Source: Macrostomum lignano (taxonomy: Eukaryota). Taken from it: 64,000 nt of DNA. The stretch is taken from contig NIVC01001354.1 in NCBI GenBank assembly GCA_002269645.1, forward strand, positions 1 to 64,000, written 5' to 3'. Made by a program: the position numbers and the translations under genes. Below the pieces are notes generated by a model. The model saw only the letters and a list, made by a program, of their open reading frames with translations, searched no databases and was not told where the DNA came from. This document shows, piece after piece, positions 13,801 through 23,600 of this stretch; within the stretch, counting starts at the first letter, position 1; every line of letters starts with the position of its first letter.

Positions 13801-14195
13801 CGGTGTTGTAGTTGTTGTGGTTGTTGTCGGTGTTGTAGTTGTTGTGGTTGTTGTCGGTGTTGTAGTTGTTGTGGTTGTTGTCGGTGTTGTAGTTGTTGTG
13901 GTTGTTGTCGGTGTTGTAGTTGTTGTGGTTGTTGTGGTTGTTGTTGACGTCGTGGTCGTCTCTGAAATGGTTGAGAGCAGGACAGGCGATTAGGCTCGGT
14001 TCTTCAGACCAGCGCGGAGTGGCAATAATTCAAATGGATTACAAACCGTCATTTCTATGCTGAACTTAAATATTTTGTCATTTGCAATGGTGAGCAAAAA
14101 TACGGTATGTTACTCCACATACTACTAATACTCCTCAGTACGTATGCGCGGTGCGAGAAAAAAGAAAACATTAACAACAACATAAGCTGTCGCAT
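4891..14195 (-). CDS. Adhesion GPCR (ADGRD1/GPR133-like), left copy, ~2,420 aa; exons 14195-14123 (tentative), 13961-13325, 12949-12455, 12140-11971, 11884-11674, 10715-5359, 5214-4891
   Basis: GPS motif CAFW...WSTEGC...CRCDHMTSFAILM followed by seven hydrophobic segments. About six C-x(n)-C-x-G-x-S-x-x-W LamG/pentraxin-like repeats and a Thr-rich exon. All junctions are GT/AG and phase-compatible. One net -2 bp disruption lies in the Thr repeat (~13,785). The first exon (MRQLMLLLMFSFFS..., donor GTATGT) is a guess. Confidence 0.9.
10757..11660. repeat. 15-bp minisatellite GGATCTAGTCTCTGC filling an aGPCR intron (mirror 26,158-27,030)
   Basis: About 60 tandem copies; produces the ADLVS/CGSSL ORFs. 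Confidence 0.95.
12190..12415. repeat. 33-bp minisatellite in an aGPCR intron (mirror 25,405-25,628)
   Basis: About 7 copies of cattgtcagacatgtacacactcatgccattct. Confidence 0.93.
13060..13164 (-). mobile_element. tRNA-derived SINE-like element (left copy)
   Basis: Exact mirror of 24656-24760. Confidence 0.65.
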
Positions 14196-16209
14196 TAAAA
14201 GTAACAGTCAAGGCGCATTAGCAGGTAAATACAAGTAAAACAGCCACAGGCAGGCCGCATAGAAAACGGTAAAGCAGCTTTGTGGACCGCTGGGGCCTCG
14301 TGTCGTTCAGCCGGGGGCCGTCGCAGCGCAGCTGGCGACCTGAAATTTCAGAGAAAATCGACATCCGCATTCTGAACCAGAGAACCTCGGAGGACAAGTA
14401 CAGATACATAAGATCACTGTACAGTGATCTACAGTGAAAATGTCTATGGCCGAAGGACTATTGGACGGCCGGTTCGTGAACTCTGTTCGCCCGCCCCGCC
14501 GATAGCTACTGTCTGTGGCAAATCCCCACTCAGTGCTACATGAATTTTAACTATAACACAACACTAATGGGTGTAGCTTGTATATTATAAAAGTACAGCT
14601 TTTTGCAGCCCATTTAGGCTTACACGCATGAATTTAATCCAACAAGATATGTTTGCCAAACAAACGTATAGCTTTTGTCTATGGTAAGCAAGGCTGGAAA
14701 AAAGTGGCGAAAGTTTTGCTACAGCTCAAGGTGCACCGGATGAGCAGAGAACCGTACCGGGGTATGGCGAGAACCATATCTCAAGATGAGCAAGGAAGAT
14801 TAAGAACATCGCTGCCATCAAGAGAGGTGGAAGTAAAGCTCAATCGGAAGTTCAGGACTCAAGAGCCTATAGCCACAGTTTCGAAGCTTGAAGCTCGGGA
14901 TCGGGGGAGATGAAGCAACAAAGCAAGCAGTCGAACTCACCCTCTCCAGCTGGCCGCGAGCTGCTCCACGGGCGGAGGGGCCGCCAAACCGGCTGCGGCT
15001 CCGCCTGGCTCTCCCGCGCTGCCGCCCCTCCGCCGGCCTCCCAGCGGGCCGCGGGCTCCCGGTTAAATGCTGCCCCAGCCTTTGTTTTCCCCGCCACCCC
15101 AGCTGCAGCCTCTCCACCCGCTGGGGGGAGGGGGGCGGCAGGGACGCGAGCCGCAAAATTTCTGCCAGAATGCAGCGACTCTAAAAGCCTTTCGTCCCAG
15201 TTTCCCGCCTGGTTTCCATGCCAACAAGGATGCGAGCGCCCAAGCCCGGGGAGCTGAGACAGCGGCCCAGGCTGTACCGCCTCTCCCGGCCTGTACGGCC
15301 CGCCCCGTTTGTTTATCCGTTGCCAGTGACGACAGCGGCAAAACAGCTGGGGCAGGAGAGAAGAGACGACAGCAACTCATTCCCAGCATAATCCGCATCC
15401 CCTCCATCTCTTCCGCAAGTTTTTGCAGCATTTTATCGATCGGGAAATTTCCTCCCGCAGCAGCAGCAGCGCCCGCCCCAGCCTGCTTGGGACAATTGCT
15501 GCTCCCGCATTGTTTGCTGAGTTCACGGGGGGGGGGCAGCAGCTCCAGTCAGCCTGTTTGAGTTGGAGGCTGCATGAATTTCTTCTTTTGTCGCCCACGG
15601 CACTCAGCCTGCCGAGACGGCCCGGCGCATTGTTTGCCGGAGAGGCAGCGGACTGCCAGCGCGAAAACTGAGTGACAAAAGCATCGCTGAGAAGCTGAGA
15701 AGCGAGAGGATGAGAGGCCCGCCTACCCAGCCAGCCAGAAATGAGATGCAAACAGAATCGTGCCTCGGTTTTATCTGACAGGAAATACGAGCTAAAAGCT
15801 CCGTGGGAAAATGCAACAACGCATTTCGCCAACAGCGCCAGACCAGCCTGTCAATCAAAATTCGATTTTCTCAGAGTAGCTCAGCGGTTAACGCGCCTGA
15901 CTCGAGTTGAAGCTGAGCTGAGAATATTCGATGAGGATGAGAATTCTCAGTGGCTACTCCGGCTGCAGTGCCTAAATATGAAGCTTAGCTAACTAATCCT
16001 GCTCCCATCCCACAGTTAGCCACAGTTTGACAAATAAACAAAACTCAAAGGCACAAAAAAGCTTTTAGAGCTGATTTTTTTGCGAAGGCATCTCAAAGGA
16101 AATCTCAAAATTTGAACCACTGCTAGCGTACAGAATCTGCCTGCACATCGAGCTGCTCCGGTGCACTGATGATGCTGGAGGATGCAGGATAAGGAAACTG
16201 AGGATTTAG

Positions 16210-17395
16210 GAAATGGGAAGGATAGGAATTGAGAAGATGGGGAGTGGGAAGATGGGGCGCGGAGTGGAAAGCTGGGGAGTGGGAAAGATAGGGAGTGGAA
16301 TGGGAAGATTATAGGTGGAAAGCTGGGATGTGGTGTGAGAGATGGGGAGAGGGAAGTTGGGAAGTGGTGTAGGAAGATGGGAGATGGGGAGTGGGAAGCT
16401 GGGGAGTGGTGTGGGAAGATGGAGATGGAGAGTGGGAAGCTGGGGAGTGGTTGGGAAGATGGGGAGTGGGAAGCTGGGGAGTGGATGGGAAGATGGTGTG
16501 GGAAGCTGGAGAGTGGGCAGATGGGAAGTGGTGTGGGAAGATGGGGAGTGGGAAGCTGGGAGAGGGAAGCTGAGGAGTGGATGGGAAGATGGGAGTGGGA
16601 AGCTGGAGAGTGGGAAGCTGGGGATTGGGAAGCTGGGGAGTGGGAAGCTGGAGAGTGGGAAGCTGAGGAGTGGATTGGGAAGATGGGGAGTGGGAAGCTG
16701 AGGAGTGGATTGGGAAGCTGGGTAAGTGGAAGGGATGAGTGGGGTGGGAAGCTGGGGATTGGGAAGCTGGGGATTGGGAAGCTGGGGATTGGGAAGCTGG
16801 GGAGTGGGAAGCCTGGGAGTGGGAAGCTGGGAGTGGGAAGCTGGGGAGTGGGAAGCTGGGGAGTGGGAAGCTGGGAGTGGGAAGCTGGGGAGTGGGAAGC
16901 TGGGGAGTGGGAAGCTGGGGAGTGGGAAGCTGGGGAGTGGGAAGCTGGGGAGTGGGAAGCTGGGGAGTGGGAAGCTGGGGAGTGGGAAGCTGGGGAGTGG
17001 GAAGCTGGGGAGTGGGAAGCTGGGGAGTGGGAAGCTGGGAGTGGGAAGCTGGGAGTGGGAAGCTGGGGAGTGGGAAGCTGGGGAGTGGGAAGCTGGGGAG
17101 TGGGAAGCTGGGAGTGGGAAGCTGGGGAGTGGGAAGCCTGGGGAGTGGGAAGCTGAGGAGTGGGAAGCTGGGAGTGGGAAGCTGAGGAGTGGGAAGCTGG
17201 GGAGTGGGAAGCTGGGAGTGGGAAGCTGGGGATTGGGAAGCTGGGGATTGGGAAGCTGGGGAGTGGGAAAGCTGGGGAGTGGGAAGCTGGGGAGTGGGAA
17301 GCTGGGGAGTGGGAAGCTGGGGAGGGAAGAGTGGGAAGCTGGGGAGTGGGAAAGCTGGGAATTGGGAGCTGGGGATTGGGAAGGGAGGGATTGGA
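16210..17395. repeat. G-rich 14-15-bp minisatellite GGGAAGCTGGGGAGT (partial mirror 21,223-21,610)
   Basis: Tandem copies with GGG/GGGG runs every 7-8 nt. Confidence 0.93.
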
Positions 17396-18164
17396 GCGGC
17401 AAGTGCAGAAGCGGCATGCAGTGCGGGTGAGGAGCAGCTCGGACAGACGCAGCCAGCCAATGATGAAGCGAGAAAATCGGATATATTAATAAAAAAATAC
17501 TAAATTTCCATAACAGGCCAGCACAAAATCACGGAAACAACTTTAGTGAAGAAAAATACAGAAGTTTATGAAGATTAGTAAATCAAATTGGTGCCAAAAT
17601 AACAGTTCAGCAATGGGCATTTACTTATTTATATACATAAAGCTATGACGGTGCAACACTGGCAGCTGTCCGTAATTAAACAGAGAGAATAATACGGGAA
17701 TGTAAAAGTCGCAATGGCCGAGGACTCGCTATAAAGTACATGGTGTATAATTTACGCATAGTATAGAGAACTGGCACAGCCTGGTTGTACGTGGGCAGTA
17801 CATGTAACTGTCGAGCGGGGAAATACTGCATCAGATCCACAGACCAGATCCCGAACCCGTGGCAGAATCAGAAAATAAACACAGATTTGAGTTGGCGCCT
17901 GCGCCAAACCAAGCTTCATCAAATAAATTAATGCAGCCTCTTTGCTGTGTAGACGGCAACCGAGGCGAGCTCAAGAAATTGACGCAAAAATTTATTGCCA
18001 TCGATAATCAAAGTTGACAAAAAACAATGCTGCAGACTACTGATAAGTAGAGGTACGCGAGCATAGCAAGTATATTGCCGCTGTGAGGCGTTTGGGCGTT
18101 AATCCGGGATCTGAGCAAGAGGCTTTAAATCTTGGTACTGGGAGAGGTGGACAGATGCCCGATT

Positions 18165-18490
18165 AGAGGAACCGGAAGTGTCAGATAAAGGCCCGATATG
18201 AGGAACCGGAAGTGTCAGATAAAGGCCCGATATGAGGAACCGAAGAGGAACCGGAAGTGGCGGAAAGCGGCTAGGCTTGAGGAACCGGAAGTGACGGAAA
18301 GCGGCCAGGTTCGAAGTGACAATAGCGGCCAGGTTTGAGGAACCGGAAGTGGCAGATAAAGGCCGATTAGAGGAACCGGAAGTGGCGGAAAGCGGCTAGG
18401 CTTGAGGAACCGGAAGTGGCGGATAGCGCCAGGTTTGAGGAACCGGAAGTGCGGAAAGCGGCCAGGTTCGAGGAACCGGAAGTGGCGAAA
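18165..18490. repeat. ~33-bp tandem repeat with invariant core GAGGAACCGGAAGTG
   Basis: Nine perfect ACCGGAAGTG cores between 18171 and 18484. Confidence 0.9.
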
Positions 18491-18585
18491 GCGGCGCTAT
18501 TTTGAGAACTGATAAACTGAAAAAAAAAGCAGCGCCAACCAGTGAAGAAACTGACAGACAGACACCACAAGGTAGCAGCAGGGCG

Positions 18586-20765
18586 CTACTGCCCGAATCG
18601 GTCACCAACGAGGCAGACACCCCCAGCGCCGAGGCCGCGCTCGTCCGGGCAGCGGCGCCAGCCCGGCAGCTCCTTCAGTCGGGCTGCCTCGGCAAAGGCC
18701 TCGTCAGCGGCAGCGGAGGTCGACGAGTCGATGGCGACCAGTGCAGCGTCGCCCACTCGGCCGGCAGGCGGAGCGTCAGCGGGCGCAGGAAAGCAGCGCC
18801 AGGCGGACTGGCGCCAACAATTCGGCGCCGGCCGCCGTCCAGGCTGAGCGCGGCCAGTCGAAGCTGGCGCAGCCGGCCCGCGGGCAGGGCGCCAGGCGGC
18901 ACTTCCAGGGCGACGCCGGAGCGTGGCAGCGGAGGGCGCCGCCGGAGGCGTCGAACAGGCCGCTGCACCTGTCCACTATGACGACCGCCATGCTGTCGAA
19001 GGTGCCACAGAGGCCCCTGGCTGCACATTGTCGTAGGTCCTCAGCGTCGGCGCCGTTGCCGATCCGCGACGTGCGCGCCTGGCCAACCAGCAAGTCAACG
19101 CGGCGGCGCAGAACTTCGTCCCGGGAGCCGACGCTGCTCGACGGCGTGTCGGCCGCCAATGCAGCGGGTCGCAGGTGCGCCGGCGGGCTGGTGTCCAGCA
19201 AGAACTCGCCGTCGTCCTCGTCGGTGGCGTCGCGATGGTCGACGAGGGTGGTCGGTCGGCTCGTCAAGCGCTGCGAGTGGCGACCGCTGCCGCCGGCCAT
19301 CGGCAGGGTAAAGGTCGGCAGCTCCTCGTCCGGACTCGGCTCTGGCGGGTGCGACCGCTGCCGCGGCCATCGGCAGGGTGGAGAAGGTCGGCAGCTCCTC
19401 GTCCGGACTCGGCTCTGGCGGGTGGCGAACGGAGTTGGAGCCGCGTGACTCATGGGTTGTGCTGAATTGCGTCTGAGAATTCTGGAGTATGGCCCAGCAA
19501 CTGAGGATCTGAGGCTGGCCAGCAACTGAGGATCTGGAGGCTGGCCCAGAACTGAGGATCTGGGAGGCTGGCCCAGCAACTGAGGATCTGGGAGGCTGGC
19601 CCAGCAACTGAGGATCTGGGAGGCTGGCCCAGCAACTGAGGATCTGGGAGGCTGGCCCAGCAACTGAGGATCTGGAGGCTGGCCCAGCAACTGAGGATCT
19701 GGGAGGCTGGCCCAGCAACTGAGGATCTGGAGGCTGGCCAGCAACTGAGGATCGGGAGGCTGGCCCAGCAACTGAGGATCTGAGGCTGGCCCAGCAACTG
19801 AGGATCTGGAGGCTGGCCCAGCAACTGAGGATCTGGAAGGCTGGCCCAGCAACTGAGGATCTGGAAGGCTGGCCCAGCAGCTGAGGATCTGGGAGGCTGG
19901 CCCAGCAACTGAGGATCTGGGAGGCTGGCCCAGCAACTGAGGATCTGGGAGGCTGGCCCACAACTGAGGATCTGGGAGGCTGGCCCAGCAACTGAGGATC
20001 TGGGAGCTGGCCAGCAACTGAGGATTTGGGAGGCTGGCGCGGGTCAGCAACTGAGGATCTGGGAGACTGGCGGCGGGTCAGCAACTGAGGATCTGGGAGG
20101 CTGGCGCGGCAGCAACTGAGGATCTGGCTGGCCCAGCAACTGAGGATTTGAGGCTGGCGGCGACGTCAGCAACTGAGGATCTGGAGGCTGGCGGCGTCAG
20201 CAACTGAGGATCTGGAGACGCGGCGGGTCAGCAACTGAGGATCTGGGAGACTGGCGCGGTCAGCAACTGAGGATCGGGAGACTGGCGGCGGGTCAGCAAC
20301 TGAGGATCTGGGAGGCTCGGCGGGTCAGCAACTGAGGATCTGGGAGGCTGGCGGCGGGTCAGCAACTGAGGAGCACGCAAGCCTGCCGAAGCTCACGGGT
20401 CAGGTTGGCTCGGACAGAACCCGCGGGCGGTCGCCCTGTGCCTCGCCCAGCCAGAGCAGCTGGCCCTGCGCATGTCGATGAGCCGCTCCAGCCCGCGCAG
20501 CACGTGGCCCAGGTCCGGCTGCTCCACGGTGCACACATCCGTGAAGAGGTGGCTGCACAACTGCTCCAGCCGGAGACACTCCTGGTGCAGCGCTTGGAGC
20601 CGGGAGCCCGCCGGAGCTTCTTGATGACCTGACGGTTGCTGGCGCGGATCAGCAGCACGATGGGGGCCAGCTGGGCGTAGCAGAGCCGGTCCACGGCCAC
20701 GCGGTTCAGGTCCAGCACCGGGTGCCGGCCGCAACCATCACCGACTTGATGGCCGACAGCTTCAC
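18586..20765 (-). CDS. TJP1: ZO-1/TJP/polychaetoid-like MAGUK, 3' part only (GuK exon 20765-20397; Pro-rich plus ZU5 exon ~19481-18586), several frameshifts
   Basis: [37 protein letters not shown] resembles the ZO-1 GuK segment ([37 protein letters not shown]). [35 protein letters not shown] is ZU5-like. The C-terminus [11 protein letters not shown] resembles the ZO-1 ending CVSVLIDHF. Acceptor at 20766-67, donor GTGAGC at 20396. Confidence 0.8.
19493..20370. repeat. 28-bp minisatellite (CCCAGCAACTGAGGATCTGGGAGGCTGG) forming the ZO-1-like intron
   Basis: About 30 tandem copies between the GuK-exon donor and the next acceptor. Confidence 0.92.
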
Positions 20766-20789
20766 CTGCCAGATTTGCGGTTCTGATTC

Positions 20790-20986
20790 TGTCATTCACT
20801 CATTCAACCTCACTCACTCATTCACCCACTCACTCATTCACTCACTCATTCACCCACTCACTCATTCACTCACTCACTCATTCACCCACTCACCATTCCC
20901 ACTCACTCATTCACCCACTCACTCATTCACTCACTCACTCATTCACTCTTTCACTCACTCATTCACTCACTCACTCATTCACTCTT
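20790..20986. repeat. (CACT/CATT)n simple repeat at the contig end
   Basis: Visible tetramer-based repeat abutting the gap. Confidence 0.9.
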
Positions 20987-21222
20987 NNNNNNNNNNNNNN
21001 NNNNNNNNNNNNNNNNNNNNNNNNNNNNNNNNNNNNNNNNNNNNNNNNNNNNNNNNNNNNNNNNNNNNNNNNNNNNNNNNNNNNNNNNNNNNNNNNNNNN
21101 NNNNNNNNNNNNNNNNNNNNNNNNNNNNNNNNNNNNNNNNNNNNNNNNNNNNNNNNNNNNNNNNNNNNNNNNNNNNNNNNNNNNNNNNNNNNNNNNNNNN
21201 NNNNNNNNNNNNNNNNNNNNNN
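20987..21222. other. Assembly gap (236 N)
   Basis: Run of N flanked on the left by a (CACT/CATT)n repeat and on the right by the C-rich array. Confidence 1.
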
Positions 21223-23295
21223 CCCCAGCTTCCCACACCACTTCCCATCTTCCACTCTCCAGCTTCCCACACCACTTCCCATCTTCCCACTCCCAGTTCC
21301 CACACCACTTCCCATCTTCCACCAGCTTCCCTCATCTTCCAATCCACTCCCCAGCTTCCCACTCCATCTCCAATCTTCCCACACCACTCCCCAGCTTCCC
21401 ACTCCATCTCCAGTCTTCCCACACCACTCCCCAGCTTCCCACTCCCCATCTCCCATCTTCCTACACACTTCCCAACTTCCTCTCCCCATCTTCTCACACC
21501 ACATCCCAGCTTTCCACCTATAATCTTCCCATTCCACTCCCTATCTTCCCACTCCCCAGCTTTCCACTCCCCACTTTCCACTCCGCGCCCCATCTTCCCA
21601 CTCCCCATCAATTCCTATCCTTCCCATTTCCTAAATCCTCAGTTTCCTTATCCTGCATCCTCCAGCATCATCAGTGCACCGGAGCAGCTCGATGTGCAGG
21701 CAGATTCTGTACGCTAGCAGTGGTTCAAATTTTGAGATTTCCTTTGAGATGCCTTCGCAAAAAATCAGCTCTAAAAGCTTTTTTGTGCCTTTGAGTTTTG
21801 TTTATTTGTCAAACTGTGGCTAACTGTGGATGGGAGCAGGATTAGTTAGCTAAGCTTCATATTTAGGCACTGCAGCCGGAGTAGCCACTGAGAATTCTCA
21901 TCCTCATCGAATATTCTCAGCTCAGCTTCAACTCGAGTCAGGCGCGTTAACCGCTGAGCTACTCTGAGAAAATCGAATTTTGATTGACAGGCTGGTCTGG
22001 GCGCTGTTGGCGAAATGCGTTGTTGCATTTTCCCACGGAGCTTTTAGCTCGTATTTCCTGTCAGATAAAACCGAGGCACGATTCTGTTTGCATCTCTCAG
22101 CTCTCTCAGCGATGCTTTTGTCACTCAGTTTTCGCGCTGGCAGTCCGCTGCCTCTCCGGCAAACAATGCGCCGGGCCGTCTCGGCAGGCTGAGTGCCGTG
22201 GGCGACAAAAGAAGAAATTCATGCAGCCTCCAACTCAAACAGGCTGACTGGAGCTGCTGCCCCCCCCCCGTGAACTCAGCAAACAATGCGGGAGCAGCAA
22301 TTGTCCCAAGCAGGCTGGGGCGGGCGCTGCTGCTGCTGCGGGAGGAAATTTCCCGATCGATAAAATGCTGCAAAAACTTGCGGAAGAGATGGAGGGGATG
22401 CGGATTATGCTGGGAATGAGTTGCTGTCGTCTCTTCTCTCCTGCCCCAGCTGTTTTGCCGCTGTCGTCACTGGCAACGGATAAACAAACGGGGCGGGCCG
22501 TACAGGCCGGGAGAGGCGGTACAGCCTGGGCCGCTGTCTCAGCTCCCCGGGCTTGGGCGCTCGCATCCTTGTTGGCATGGAAACCAGGCGGGAAACTGGG
22601 ACGAAAGGCTTTTAGAGTCGCTGCATTCTGGCAGAAATTTCGCGGCTCGCGTCCCTGCCGCCCCCCTCCCCCAGCGGTGGAGAGGCTGCAGCTGGGGTGG
22701 CGGGGAAAACAAAGGCTGGGGCAGCATTTAACCGGGAGCCCGCGGCCCGCTGGGAGGCCGGCGGAGGGGCGGCAGCGCGGGAGAGCCAGGCGGAGCCGCA
22801 GCCGGTTTGGCGGCCCCTCCGCCCGTGGAGCAGCTCGCGGCCAGCTGGAGAGGGTGAGTTCGACTGCTTGCTTTGTTGCTTCATCTCCCCCCGATCCCGA
22901 GCTTCAAGCTTCGAAACTGTCGGCTATAGGCTCTTGAGTCCTGAACTTCCGATTGAGCTTTACTTCCACCTCTCTTGATGGCAGCGATGTTCTTAATCTT
23001 CCTTGCTCATCTTGAGATATGGTTCTCGCCATACCCCGGTACGGTTCTCTGCTCATCCGGTGCACCTTGAGCTGTAGCAAAACTTTCGCCACTTTTTTCC
23101 AGCCTTGCTTACCATAGACAAAAGCTATACGTTTGTTTGGCAAACATATCTTGTTGGATTAAATTCATGCGTGTAAGCCTAAATGGGCTGCAAAAAGCTG
23201 TACTTTTATAATATACAAGCTACACCCATTAGTGTTGTGTTATAGTTAAAATTCATGTAGCACTGAGTGGGGATTTGCCACAGACAGTAGCTATC

Positions 23296-23336
23296 GGCGG
23301 GGCGGGCGAACAGAGTTCACGAACCGGCCGTCCAAT
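23296..23336 (+). promoter_or_regulatory. Candidate aGPCR promoter elements (GC box plus CCAAT); mirrored at ~14,460-14,500
   Basis: GGCGGGGCGGGCG at 23296-23308 and CCAAT at 23332-36, about 270 bp upstream of the tentative ATG. Motif match only. Confidence 0.3.
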
Positions 23337-23600
23337 AGTCCTTCGGCCATAGACATTTTCACTGTAGATCACTGTACAGTGATCTTATGTATCTGTACTT
23401 GTCCTCCGAGGTTCTCTGGTTCAGAATGCGGATGTCGATTTTCTCTGAAATTTCAGGTCGCCAGCTGCGCTGCGACGGCCCCCGGCTGAACGACACGAGG
23501 CCCCAGCGGTCCACAAAGCTGCTTTACCGTTTTCTATGCGGCCTGCCTGTGGCTGTTTTACTTGTATTTACCTGCTAATGCGCCTTGACTGTTACTTTTA

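Larger units (their letters stand above)
1..16500. repeat. Left arm of large inverted duplication (may extend beyond the window start)
   Basis: Position 1 (attaactgataaggcgctcatgaat) is the reverse complement, with one mismatch, of sequence ending at 37,693. Mirrored ORF pairs run throughout, e.g. 5335..10716(-) vs 27074..32453(+) and 12426..13064(-) vs 24756..25394(+). Homology ends inside the G-rich array at ~16.2-16.5 kb. Confidence 0.97.

Noticed and set aside
14653-14913. 86-aa ORF MPNKRIAF... (mirror 22904..23143) as a small gene
   Set aside because: It has a TTG start and no recognisable motif, and the two arms differ by a frameshift in it.
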